From Candidatus Puniceispirillum sp. (GTDB taxonomy: Bacteria; Pseudomonadota; Alphaproteobacteria; Caedimonadales; UBA1908), in the NCBI GenBank assembly GCA_013822015.1, contig PNJU01000002.1, positions 192,500 to 256,499 of the forward strand: 64,000 nucleotides of DNA, written 5' to 3'. Shown here one piece after another: positions 54,810-63,742 of the stretch. The notes under the pieces were generated by a model. The model did no database searches. It was not told the DNA's origin and was given only the letters and a program-made list of their open reading frames with translations. Position numbers and translations under genes: made by a program. Numbering within the stretch: position 1 is the first letter of the stretch; every line of letters starts with the position of its first letter.

Positions 54810-56683
54810 GTCTTTTTCCTTCTCCTGCGCAAGGAAATAAGGCTGATGCCCCCTCCGAGCGCCATCATCATAGCACCAACCCAAATCCAAATCACCTGGG
54901 GATGATAAAAGAGTCTGATGCTCCAGCGATTATCTGGTAAAAGCCCCCCAAGGGCTGCGTAAAAAAGGGACATCCCCTGGGGCAAAAGCGCCGTCTCACT
55001 GGTTAAAATCTCGCGCCCGGGGTAGAAGCGCTTTTCGGGGGTGAGCGCGTGCCCTCCCACCTCGAGGTGCGCTTTTTCAGCCATGTAGGTTGGCGCGCGG
55101 TACCCTTCCACCTCTTGGAGCGTCACCACGCGCCCCATGAAGGTTGTTTTCTCGCCCTCACCAAGCGCCACAAGGTGCTCTTTTTCGCCGTGGGTTTGTA
55201 CGCACATGCCAAAAACCATCACCGCAACACCCATGTGGGCCGTGAGCATCCCTGCATGATTGAGGGCGCCCGCGCGCATGCGCCACACATAGGTGATGGT
55301 CCCAATCACGGTCCAAAACACAAGACAAAGCCCCACAAAGGTTGTCACCTCAAAGGGATGCCATACGTAGAGCAAAAGAGAGCCCATGAGAAGCGCCACA
55401 AGGCCTGGGCGTGTCACGCGCGTTTTGAAAGCCGAAAATGTTGTGCCCGCGTCCGCCCGCGCGAAAAAGGGCGCAGCCCCCATCATGAGAAGCATCACAA
55501 AGGCCACGGGCACAAAGGTCTTCACAAAGTAAGGGGTCCCAACGGTGATGGTACCACCTGTCAGGGCCTCTAAAACCAAAGGATAGAGCGTTGCCAACAC
55601 CACGATAAAGAGAAGCGTCATAAACAAAAGAGCTTGGAGCTTAAGCATGCTCGCCCGTGACCAAAAAGCTGGAGTCTTATCAGGCACACTGGAATCTTGG
55701 GTTTGCTTTATAACGCTGGTCATTCCCCAAAGGGCCACAAGGGCGGTCATCACCCCGAGGTAAGCGCCCCTTTTGGGGGCACTGGCAAAGGCATGCACCG
55801 TGGACAGGACGCCCGATCTGACAAGGGTCAGCCCCAAAAGACAAAAGGAAAAAGCGCCTACACTTAAAATTCGGGTTAAAAAAGGTGCTTGCGTATGGCG
55901 CAGATGCAAAAGCGCGGTTGCGCACAGCCAAGGCATGAGGGAGGCGTTTTCGACCGGATCCCAGAACCACCACCCGCCCCAGCCAAGCTCATAGTAAGCC
56001 CAAAAACTGCCAAGCATAATGCCAAGGGTTAAGGTGCTCCACGCCCACAGCGCCCAGCGGCGTGCGGCGCGCACAAGGGTATCCCCTCCCGCAACGGCAC
56101 AGGCAAAGACTAAGCTAAGCCCCAAGCATCCCGTATAAAGAAGGGGCGGATGAAAGGCCAAGGCTGGATCTTGGAGGAGTGGATTGAGCTCTAAACCTTG
56201 GGAGAGCGCCCCCCCCATGCGCTCAAAGGGTGAGGACATAAAAACACAGTATCCCATCCCCATGACAAAGAGGATGTTGTGAATCCAGGAAGCCGTCGCC
56301 CGGGCGGCCAAATGCGCACTGGAGCGAGAGCGCCCCATCCACACAAAAAGGCACCCGTAAAGAGACAAAAGCCACATCCACAGGAGCATCGAGCCCTCAT
56401 GGTTTCCCCACACACCTGCGATTTTATAAAGGAGGGGCGTATGGGTATGGGCATTTTCAAACACATTTTTTAAGGAAAAGTCTCCCGTCACATAGGCCCA
56501 CATGAGGCTTGCAAAGGCCAGGGTCACAAGGGCAAAGAGAAAAGTGGGCACGAAGAGAAAAAGGGGATATGGGGACGGCCCGCGTGCCAAGACAACGCGT
56601 CCAAGCCCCACCCAGACAAGACTGATCACAAAGGCCGCCACAAGGGCTGCCTCACCCCAGGCGGGAAAGGACCCCAGATCCAT
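54806..56683 (-). CDS. ccmF: Cytochrome c heme lyase subunit CcmF
   Basis: 625 aa and polytopic, with the WGGWWFWDPVENASLMPW tryptophan-rich motif. Confidence 0.95.
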   Translation of the reverse strand: MDLGSFPAWGEAALVAAFVISLVWVGLGRVVLARGPSPYPLFLFVPTFLFALVTLAFASLMWAYVTGDFSLKNVFENAHTHTPLLYKIAGVWGNHEGSMLLWMWLLSLYGCLFVWMGRSRSSAHLAARATASWIHNILFVMGMGYCVFMSSPFERMGGALSQGLELNPLLQDPALAFHPPLLYTGCLGLSLVFACAVAGGDTLVRAARRWALWAWSTLTLGIMLGSFWAYYELGWGGWWFWDPVENASLMPWLCATALLHLRHTQAPFLTRILSVGAFSFCLLGLTLVRSGVLSTVHAFASAPKRGAYLGVMTALVALWGMTSVIKQTQDSSVPDKTPAFWSRASMLKLQALLFMTLLFIVVLATLYPLVLEALTGGTITVGTPYFVKTFVPVAFVMLLMMGAAPFFARADAGTTFSAFKTRVTRPGLVALLMGSLLLYVWHPFEVTTFVGLCLVFWTVIGTITYVWRMRAGALNHAGMLTAHMGVAVMVFGMCVQTHGEKEHLVALGEGEKTTFMGRVVTLQEVEGYRAPTYMAEKAHLEVGGHALTPEKRFYPGREILTSETALLPQGMSLFYAALGGLLPDNRWSIRLFYHPQVIWIWVGAMMMALGGGISLISLRRRRKKT

Positions 56684-57162
56684 CAGCGCCCCCCCATGGA
56701 TTTGGCAAGGCGCTCTTTTTGAGACGCGTCAGGCCTTAAGGCCGACGGCGGACGGTAGGTTTCATCATGCTTGGCCAGGACGAGGCTCGCCCTAAAAAGG
56801 GGAAAAGGGTTTTCTTGAGGCGCGTCCACAAATGATCCCTGGGCCACAATCCCCTGCCCTTCCCTGAAAAGGTCCGGGAGCAACCCACGGTAATGCACCC
56901 TCACCCGCGCGTCTGTGTCCCCCACAATAAACTCAACAACGGGCGTCTCACCCTCGCGCAGGTGCACAACACTTTCCTTTTCCACAACGCCGCCAATGCG
57001 TAGCACCTGGTCCTTTTCAAAGGTTCTGTGACGACACTCGGAAGGCGTCAAGAAAAAGACCATGTTGTCGCGAAAGAGTGTGGCAAAAAGGGTCACGCCT
57101 GACACAAGGCACAGGGCGCCCGCAATCACGAGCCACATACGCTGACGGGCCTTACGTGTCAC
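56683..57162 (-). CDS. ccmE: Heme chaperone CcmE (GTG start)
   Basis: 159 aa with an N-terminal anchor, an OB-fold region (RIGGVVEKESV...VEFIVGD) and the heme-binding His context LAKHDETYRPP. Confidence 0.92.
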   Translation of the reverse strand: MTRKARQRMWLVIAGALCLVSGVTLFATLFRDNMVFFLTPSECRHRTFEKDQVLRIGGVVEKESVVHLREGETPVVEFIVGDTDARVRVHYRGLLPDLFREGQGIVAQGSFVDAPQENPFPLFRASLVLAKHDETYRPPSALRPDASQKERLAKSMGGR

Positions 57163-57323
57163 GCGTTTGCCTCCTGGGTCTCTCGGTCAAGAGCTTCTTT
57201 GAGGGCGCGCAGATGCCGCGCGCGGCGCTGATGTTGCACCAGCGCCCAAAGGGTCAACGCCCCCAGACACAAAGCGCTTACGCCGTAAGACGCCGCAATA
57301 AAGAAGGCATAGGGTCCCGTCAT
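57159..57323 (-). CDS. ccmD: Heme exporter protein CcmD (54 aa)
   Basis: Hand translation gives MTGPYAFFIAASYGVSALCLGALTLWALVQHQRRARHLRALKEALDRETQEANA, a single TM segment plus a basic tail. Its ATG overlaps the ccmC stop (ATGA) and its stop overlaps the ccmE GTG (GTGA). It falls below the ORF-track cutoff. Confidence 0.78.
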   Translation of the reverse strand: MTGPYAFFIAASYGVSALCLGALTLWALVQHQRRARHLRALKEALDRETQEANA

Positions 57324-58063
57324 TGTGCCTCTCCTCGCGCATAGCTCAACGACGTGCGCAGCCCCTCAAGGACGCGCACCTTGCGCCCCATCAAAAGGGA
57401 CTCCATGCGCACGAGGAGCAAAGCCCCAAACCCAAAGGCGTAGGCCGCGCCCATGACAAGAAGCGGCGTCAGCATATCGGGGTGAATACTGGGACCCGAT
57501 AGGCGCATGACACTGGCCTCCTGGTGAAGGGTCTGCCACCACGTGACCGAGAACTTAATAATGGGAATATTGATAAAACCGATGAGGACCAAAATAGCGC
57601 CCATGCGCTCGCCCTTTGTAGGATCTGTATAGGCCTCAACCAGTGCCATATATCCCAGATATAAGAAGAACAGGAGAAGAACAGAAGTCAAGCGTGCGTC
57701 CCATACCCACCACGCGCCCCACATGGGTTTGCCCCAAAGGGATCCCGTCACAAGGCTCACAAAGGTGAGGACCAAACCCAAAGGCGCCGCCGCCCTTGCC
57801 GCAAGAAGTCCCATGGGCGCGCGCCACACAAAACCTGCAAGGCTAGCGGCCGCCATAAAGGAATAGATCCCCAGCGCCATCCAAGAGGCCGGCACATGCA
57901 CATACATGATGCGCACCGCGTCCCCGTGTTGATAATCTTGGGGCGACACAAAAAGACCAAGCCACACGCCCAAAGCCAAAAGACACAGGGACACAAGCCC
58001 CAAAAGTGGCTTTAAGCGCCTGCTCCAGCGCCAAAAAAAGGGCAAAGAAATGGATCCAAACAC
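57320..58063 (-). CDS. ccmC: Heme exporter protein CcmC
   Basis: 247 aa, with the WGKPMWGAWWVWDARLTS tryptophan-rich motif and conserved His residues. Confidence 0.92.
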   Translation of the reverse strand: MFGSISLPFFWRWSRRLKPLLGLVSLCLLALGVWLGLFVSPQDYQHGDAVRIMYVHVPASWMALGIYSFMAAASLAGFVWRAPMGLLAARAAAPLGLVLTFVSLVTGSLWGKPMWGAWWVWDARLTSVLLLFFLYLGYMALVEAYTDPTKGERMGAILVLIGFINIPIIKFSVTWWQTLHQEASVMRLSGPSIHPDMLTPLLVMGAAYAFGFGALLLVRMESLLMGRKVRVLEGLRTSLSYARGEAQ

Positions 58064-58126
58064 AGCGTCGCCGTCCCCTCATATCACATGTGTGACGACT
58101 CTAGCCCAAAGTGGCCGGCGGTGCAA

Positions 58127-58549
58127 TTAGGAGGTGCTTCCCCCAAGGCCTTGTTGGAGATTTTTAATAAGCGTCTTGAGGGTGTTCTCGTCATAGGCCT
58201 TTGTGTGCGGTGTGCCCCACACGGGTCCAGGCCACGCAGGATCCTTGGGGTCCCTTGCGATGACATGTACGTGCAGCTGAGACACAATGTTTCCCAAAGC
58301 CCCCACATTGATTTTGTGAGCCTGACACAGCTCTTTTAAAAAACGCCCAGCACGTGAGACCTCCTCCATCAACGCGCCTTGATCTTGCGCGCTCAGCTCA
58401 AAGATTTCCCGCACACCCTCGCGCCTTGGAATGAGGATCAACCAGTGATAGAGCGCATTCTTGTGCACGCGCACGGCGCACAAAGGCATGTCACACACAA
58501 AAACGCTATCTTCTTCCAAGCGAGGATCAAGGGAGAATGCTTTCATCAT
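58127..58549 (-). CDS. HIT-family (histidine triad) protein
   Basis: 140 aa with the histidine triad LHVHVIAR (HxHxHxx). Confidence 0.85.
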   Translation of the reverse strand: MMKAFSLDPRLEEDSVFVCDMPLCAVRVHKNALYHWLILIPRREGVREIFELSAQDQGALMEEVSRAGRFLKELCQAHKINVGALGNIVSQLHVHVIARDPKDPAWPGPVWGTPHTKAYDENTLKTLIKNLQQGLGGSTS

Positions 58550-58700
58550 GGGGCCCTTTCAGTCCATAGAACCTTCTGTCTATTAAGACACATTTACAAC
58601 TGCTGTATAAGAAAAATATAGGCTCATCCCTTCAGATAATTTTAACCAATCTAGTCGCACAATTTTACCGTCAGGCAATACTCAAAAAAGGTGTACCCCC

Positions 58701-59252
58701 ATGACAGCACTCAGGACGATGTTGTTCTTTCTCACTTTTACGAGGGCATTGTCTTGCGACCAGGCCCTGGCCCTTAACACAGCGGAAAACGATCAAGGGA
58801 TAGTAAGACAAAAAAGCACCTCCCACATCACCATCGAGATGAATATGCCCCGTCAGAACGCTCAAGGAAGCGCCATCGGTGTGCCTCTTTTAATCGATGA
58901 CAACACGGGTTCACCGCGCTACGCCTTCTTAACCTGGTACCACCACGTTTGCACACCCCACGAGAACATATGGACCCTGAAAATAACCTGCCGTGACGTG
59001 GCGTCCATCCAAAAGGGAGGCGCGCAAGGTGATCCTTACGGCGGCCAGACCCCGCTGGTCATCTCCTTTGACGGCCAAGGGAATCCAAAATCTTTTGACG
59101 GCCTTCCCCATATGGCGCCTCCTGTGTTTATCACCTGGTATCAAACCACGGTGGGTCCCGCTTCACAGGTAATCAGCCTTGATTTGAGCCGTGTGACGAG
59201 CCAAGACGCACCCTATAAGCATCCGCGCATTGATTATAACCTTAGTGAATGA
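58701..59252 (+). CDS. Secreted hypothetical protein (183 aa)
   Basis: Leader MTALRTMLFFLTFTRALSCDQALA. The mature part looks beta-rich, and no family could be assigned with confidence. Confidence 0.5.
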   Translation: MTALRTMLFFLTFTRALSCDQALALNTAENDQGIVRQKSTSHITIEMNMPRQNAQGSAIGVPLLIDDNTGSPRYAFLTWYHHVCTPHENIWTLKITCRDVASIQKGGAQGDPYGGQTPLVISFDGQGNPKSFDGLPHMAPPVFITWYQTTVGPASQVISLDLSRVTSQDAPYKHPRIDYNLSE

Positions 59253-59274
59253 TTATTGACCTTGTGTCATTTTT

Positions 59275-60789
59275 GTGTCAAAACGCGCCATCGCTTTCTT
59301 ACGTACTGTGTGCACTTTGAAAAAAAATCTCCTTTGCCTTTGCGCGCTTTTCCTGACCTCGTCACATTTATTTGCAAGTACGCACATGGACAAGGAAAAG
59401 TCTGCGTCCCCCGTTTCCCCACCACAGGAGAGCGCAACCCATGCTTATGCAAAGATTCTCATTAACGTCGCAAAGTGGTCTGACGCTGACCTTGCTGCTG
59501 TACAAGAAAAGACACTCCAAAGCTTGCCCTCAAATGCGTCCGTTGTGGATCTACTCCTACACATTAATCAAAGCGCACGAGCGGCTGGCATCCCCTTGGA
59601 GCGCGCGGTTTCCCTTGAAAAGCTCTGCAGCCACCTCTTTAATACCCAGGCGCCAAAAACGCTCTCCATCTCTTCGCACATCAATGCAAATAAAACAGAA
59701 CTTGACCCCGGATACGGCTTTCACACAATTGATCCCCTCTCCCAAGCCTACTTAGAAGAGCTCCACGGGCGCGCTAAAACCAACACCCGCCTGATTCAAA
59801 CGGCAGATGTCGGTGCAGGATTTGGCTGGATGGCAAGTCTGGCTCTGATTTCAGGTTCTTCTTTTGCAGGCCCTCCAAAAAACAACACCCCCCTTCGCGG
59901 CGTACGTGTGACCGCCTTTGAAAACCACCCGCCTCTTTTAGGCAAAGATAGCCAAGGCCCTGTCATGCAGTTTGTCAAACAGGCCAAAGAGTTTTGCGAA
60001 ACATTTGCCAAGTCAGGCGCGCGCGCATCAGACTGCAGCAGTGTAGTGGGCGCCGACGCTGTCACTGCCTTGGGTGAGGCTAAGCGCACTAATTCCTTTG
60101 ACGCAATCCACTTGGGACGTATGATTCACTGCCTAAGTCCTGTGCGCGCAGACCTTCTGACAAAAAATCTCATGAACGCCGCCGCACCTGGTGGACGCGT
60201 TTTTGCAAGTGTGCACACAGCACTTTCGTTTCCTGATATCGAAGAAACGCTCAAAGTCATGGCGCCCAAGCGTGGTTGCAAAACCAAGCATCCTCACTTA
60301 CCTGCTTTTTCTACGCCCTTTGAGATTTATGAAGCGCAGCTTAAGGCGGGCGCCGACTTTCCCGGATGGATGGTCCTTGGGATGGCACAGCAGTACACGC
60401 CCAAGGGAGAGATCCTGCTGTCTTCTTTCGTGTCGGCGCAATCCCTGGATGAATCCAAAGAAAATTTGTCGCCGGTTTTGCGCCAGCCGGGGGCCTATAC
60501 CTCCAAGCAAAGCGCCCTCACTGTGCACAAAGGTGGCTTACAGACAGAGCTGAGCTATCGAAGCTATCAAATCTATGACAGCGTAAGCTTCTCAGACCTC
60601 TTTAAACGCGCTGGGTTCGATATAGAAGACGTCTTCTATACGGATATCTACAACCGGCGCATAGAGATCTCTTCCATTGGCAGAGACGGCCGCTTTACAA
60701 GTGCAAGGGACACGGACTTGGCCTCAACCGTGTGTGTCATCGCGCGCAAGGCTCAAGACCTAGACGAGCCGCACAGCAACACCCATTAG
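59275..60789 (+). CDS. Secreted class I SAM-dependent methyltransferase-like protein (504 aa)
   Basis: Hydrophobic leader LLCLCALFLTSSHLFAS. MTase motif I is IQTADVGAGFGWMA, with an acidic post-I residue in RVTAFENH. Motif II-like is FDAIHLGRMIHCLSP and motif III-like is AAPGGRVFASV. Confidence 0.6.
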   Translation: MSKRAIAFLRTVCTLKKNLLCLCALFLTSSHLFASTHMDKEKSASPVSPPQESATHAYAKILINVAKWSDADLAAVQEKTLQSLPSNASVVDLLLHINQSARAAGIPLERAVSLEKLCSHLFNTQAPKTLSISSHINANKTELDPGYGFHTIDPLSQAYLEELHGRAKTNTRLIQTADVGAGFGWMASLALISGSSFAGPPKNNTPLRGVRVTAFENHPPLLGKDSQGPVMQFVKQAKEFCETFAKSGARASDCSSVVGADAVTALGEAKRTNSFDAIHLGRMIHCLSPVRADLLTKNLMNAAAPGGRVFASVHTALSFPDIEETLKVMAPKRGCKTKHPHLPAFSTPFEIYEAQLKAGADFPGWMVLGMAQQYTPKGEILLSSFVSAQSLDESKENLSPVLRQPGAYTSKQSALTVHKGGLQTELSYRSYQIYDSVSFSDLFKRAGFDIEDVFYTDIYNRRIEISSIGRDGRFTSARDTDLASTVCVIARKAQDLDEPHSNTH

Positions 60790-60922
60790 CGCGCACCTCG
60801 CCCCCGTTCTTTTAGCCACCAACGGCCACCAAAATACCTGGGAAGAACTTTCTCCTGGTAATGGGCGCGTGAAGATGATAAAAGATACCTTTCCCAAAAA
60901 ATAATGTGGGGCTTATAGCGCC

Positions 60923-62191
60923 GTGCCAACCTCATCACCTTCCGTTTTTGCACTTCCCAGAACTGTATGGGCCATTGGGATTGTGACTCTCCTTCTGAAC
61001 ATTTCTAATGTCGTGATTTTTTCCCTGTCTCCCCACTACCTGACCGCGGTGTTGGGCGTGAGCGTGGCAAGCCTTGGCGTCTATGAAGGTCTAGTGGAGG
61101 CGGTTGCTTGGTCCACCCGGGTTTTTGCCGGCGTCATCAGCGACTATATGCGCAAGCGTAAACCCCTTCTTTTGATCGCCGCGTCCTTGACCGCCCTGTC
61201 TCGCCCCATTTTTGCCCTGGCCTCGTCTTTAACGGGGGTCTTTTTTGCAAGAACCCTTGACCGCCTGGGCAATGGGCTGCAGGCAACGCCGCGCGAGGCT
61301 CTGGTCGGTGACGTCGCGCCTCCCAATTCAAAGGGTGCTTGCTATGGCCTGCGCCAGACCCTCACCGTGACAGGATCGCTCCTGGGCGCCCTTCTTATCA
61401 TGGTTTGGACGCACCTGACGGGCGGCAGTGACAGCGCAACGGCCCAGGATTCGGGTGTTTACCAAATCATCTTCCTTTTCGCCTCCATCCCGCCCATCGT
61501 GGGGCTTCTGATTCTTTTCTTTTTTGTGAAGGAAGCCAAAGAGCGCACCCTGGCCAACCCCATGGCGGCCTTTGAAGATCGTTTTTCACGCAAGGATTTT
61601 CGCTTACTGGGAAGTGCTTACTGGCGCGTTGTTTTTGTGGCCTTTGTGTTTATGCTGTCCAACTACTCGGGCGCATTTATGATTTTACAGGCCAAAGCTA
61701 TTACGGCGCACCCCCATGTGGTGCCACTTACCATGGTCTTCCAAAACCTGGCATGTATGATCGCAGCCTATCCCATTGGGCGCCTGTCCGACAAAATTGA
61801 CCGCCGCAAACTTTTGGCCGCAGGATTTGCCCTGACAGTCCTGTCCAACGCCTTCTTAGGATGGGCAGAAGGCCTTGTCACAATCCTTGTGGGCGCCACA
61901 TTCTGGGGATTTCAGCTGGGCATTGCCCAAAGCCTACTTGTGTCTAAAGTCGCCGATGCCACCGTTGCACGCGTGCGCGGAACAGCTTTTGGGCTCTATT
62001 ATCTTGCCGTTGCACTTAGCCTGTTTGTGACCAACTACGTTGGTGGTAAAGTTTTCGAGCAAGAACACTTTGCCTCGTTTTTGACAGGGCCACAGGCGCT
62101 TTTTGCCTTAAGCAGTCTGTTCGCCCTTTTGGCCATGGCGTGCCTGCCCCTTATTCGCTCAGCGCGACGCGCAGGGCCCACGCGGCACTAA
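60923..62191 (+). CDS. MFS transporter
   Basis: 422 aa with about 12 TM segments and an MFS loop 2-3 type motif (GVISDYMRKRKPLL; LDRLGNG). Confidence 0.8.
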   Translation: MPTSSPSVFALPRTVWAIGIVTLLLNISNVVIFSLSPHYLTAVLGVSVASLGVYEGLVEAVAWSTRVFAGVISDYMRKRKPLLLIAASLTALSRPIFALASSLTGVFFARTLDRLGNGLQATPREALVGDVAPPNSKGACYGLRQTLTVTGSLLGALLIMVWTHLTGGSDSATAQDSGVYQIIFLFASIPPIVGLLILFFFVKEAKERTLANPMAAFEDRFSRKDFRLLGSAYWRVVFVAFVFMLSNYSGAFMILQAKAITAHPHVVPLTMVFQNLACMIAAYPIGRLSDKIDRRKLLAAGFALTVLSNAFLGWAEGLVTILVGATFWGFQLGIAQSLLVSKVADATVARVRGTAFGLYYLAVALSLFVTNYVGGKVFEQEHFASFLTGPQALFALSSLFALLAMACLPLIRSARRAGPTRH

Positions 62192-62212
62192 GATACTATA
62201 AGGAGAAAAACC

Positions 62213-63247
62213 ATGATCGAAACCGATATCCTGATTATTGGCGCAGGCCCCGTGGGTCTGTTTGCGGTCTTTGAATGCGGGATGCTGAAAATGCGCACCC
62301 ATGTGGTGGACGCCCTCGATATGGTGGGAGGCCAGTGCGCTGCCCTTTATCCTGAAAAACCCATCTATGACATTCCCGCCCACCCCAGCCTGACGGGCGA
62401 AGAGCTCATCAAGAATTTGCAGGACCAGATTGCTCCCTTTCACCCCACTTTTCATTTGGGGCAACAGGTTGAGCATCTCACGCACCTACCAAATGGCGGC
62501 TTTGAGGTCACAACGTCCAAGGGTACGCAGTTCCGTGTGAAGGCCATCATTATAGCGGCTGGCGCCGGCGCCTTTGGTCCCAAGCGTCCACCTCTGGCCA
62601 ATCTTGAGGACTACGAAGGTTCGGGCGTTTTTTACTACGTTACGCAAAAAGAGAGATTCCGAGGAAAGCGCCTTGTGATTGCGGGTGGCGGCGACTCCGC
62701 CGTTGACTGGGCCATTGCCCTGAGTGACATTGCCGCAAGCGTACAAGTCGTCCACCGGCGTGCCCAGTTCCGTGCCTCCCCCGAGACCACAGCGCGCCTA
62801 CACGAGCTTGCCAATGCCGGACGCATTGAGCTTGTTGTGCCATACCAGCTCGCAAGCCTTGAGGGTGATGCTGGCACCCTTACGGGTGTGGGCGTTGAAA
62901 CACTGGACGGTGACGGGCGCCTTTTGGCGGCAGACGCCCTTCTTGCGTTCTTTGGCCTCTCCTCTAACCTTGGGCCCCTGACACAGTGGGGGGTGGAGGG
63001 TCCAAAAGGCACCTTTGCCATTGACCCCGCCACGGGTGAAACCAATGTACCTGGCATCTTTGCATGCGGAGATGTGGCGTCCTACCCCCATAAGCTGAAG
63101 CTGATTCTGACGGGATTTGCCGAGGCTGCCCAGTCGGCCCACAAGGCATACGCCTACGTCTTCCCAGGTAAAGCCTTACACTTTGAGCATTCTACAACCA
63201 GTGGTGTGCCAAGCGCCGGGTCAGAAGTTATCCTCAACGTCGCATGA
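62213..63247 (+). CDS. Ferredoxin--NADP(+) reductase, thioredoxin-reductase-like type
   Basis: 344 aa with RBS AGGAGAAAA; TDILIIGAGPVGLFAVFECGMLKM...VGGQCAALYPEKPIYDIP...VIAGGGDSAVDWA...FACGDVA. Confidence 0.9.
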   Translation: MIETDILIIGAGPVGLFAVFECGMLKMRTHVVDALDMVGGQCAALYPEKPIYDIPAHPSLTGEELIKNLQDQIAPFHPTFHLGQQVEHLTHLPNGGFEVTTSKGTQFRVKAIIIAAGAGAFGPKRPPLANLEDYEGSGVFYYVTQKERFRGKRLVIAGGGDSAVDWAIALSDIAASVQVVHRRAQFRASPETTARLHELANAGRIELVVPYQLASLEGDAGTLTGVGVETLDGDGRLLAADALLAFFGLSSNLGPLTQWGVEGPKGTFAIDPATGETNVPGIFACGDVASYPHKLKLILTGFAEAAQSAHKAYAYVFPGKALHFEHSTTSGVPSAGSEVILNVA

Positions 63248-63646
63248 GACAGAACCGTCTGGCTCTGGCCTAAAGGTGATGCGCATGTTGCCACCCGTGA
63301 AGCGGTTCATTTTTCCTTGATTGTCACGCACGCGCAAAACCTCCATGAGGCGCGCGCTGCACCGTGAGATGACAAGGGCTGCCCCGTGCCCCCACGCCTC
63401 GTCGTTTACAACAAAGCCGATGATGCCACCGGGATCTACAATCTTTGGCTTAAAGCGGTAACGAAGATTTCCACCCGTGGGAATCACCACTTGCGGACCC
63501 GCACCCGCCGCCCCCACAAGGGCCACATGCACCTCACGCCCGACATGGTTCACCAGAGTCACCTCTCCCAGGGGGTCTTTCGCCTGAGAAACCTGCGTGG
63601 AAAGAAAGAAACCAGCCAACAATAGTAGAAAAACAGAAAATCTCAT
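63221..63646 (-). CDS. Small secreted hypothetical protein (141 aa)
   Basis: The ATG at 63646 gives MRFSVFLLLLAGFFLSTQVSQAKDP. Its 3' end overlaps the FNR gene by 27 nt, in convergent orientation. Confidence 0.5.
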   Translation of the reverse strand: MRFSVFLLLLAGFFLSTQVSQAKDPLGEVTLVNHVGREVHVALVGAAGAGPQVVIPTGGNLRYRFKPKIVDPGGIIGFVVNDEAWGHGAALVISRCSARLMEVLRVRDNQGKMNRFTGGNMRITFRPEPDGSVSCDVEDNF

Positions 63647-63742
63647 AGAAAACCCTGGCGCCTTTTTTATGTTTTCTTTGAGGATAACACAAAGATGAGG
63701 CGCGGTTCCAGAGGCACTCAGAAGAGGATGTGCCTTGATCAA

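Noticed and set aside
58701-59252. Possible resemblance of the 183-aa secreted ORF to the FlaE/D2 domain of flagellar hook protein FlgE (..ISFDGQGNP...ITW...QVISLDLSRVTSQ..)
   Set aside because: The match is a short, gappy pattern recalled from memory. There are no flagellar genes nearby, and a Sec leader is incompatible with flagellar type III export. An HMM search is needed before any claim.
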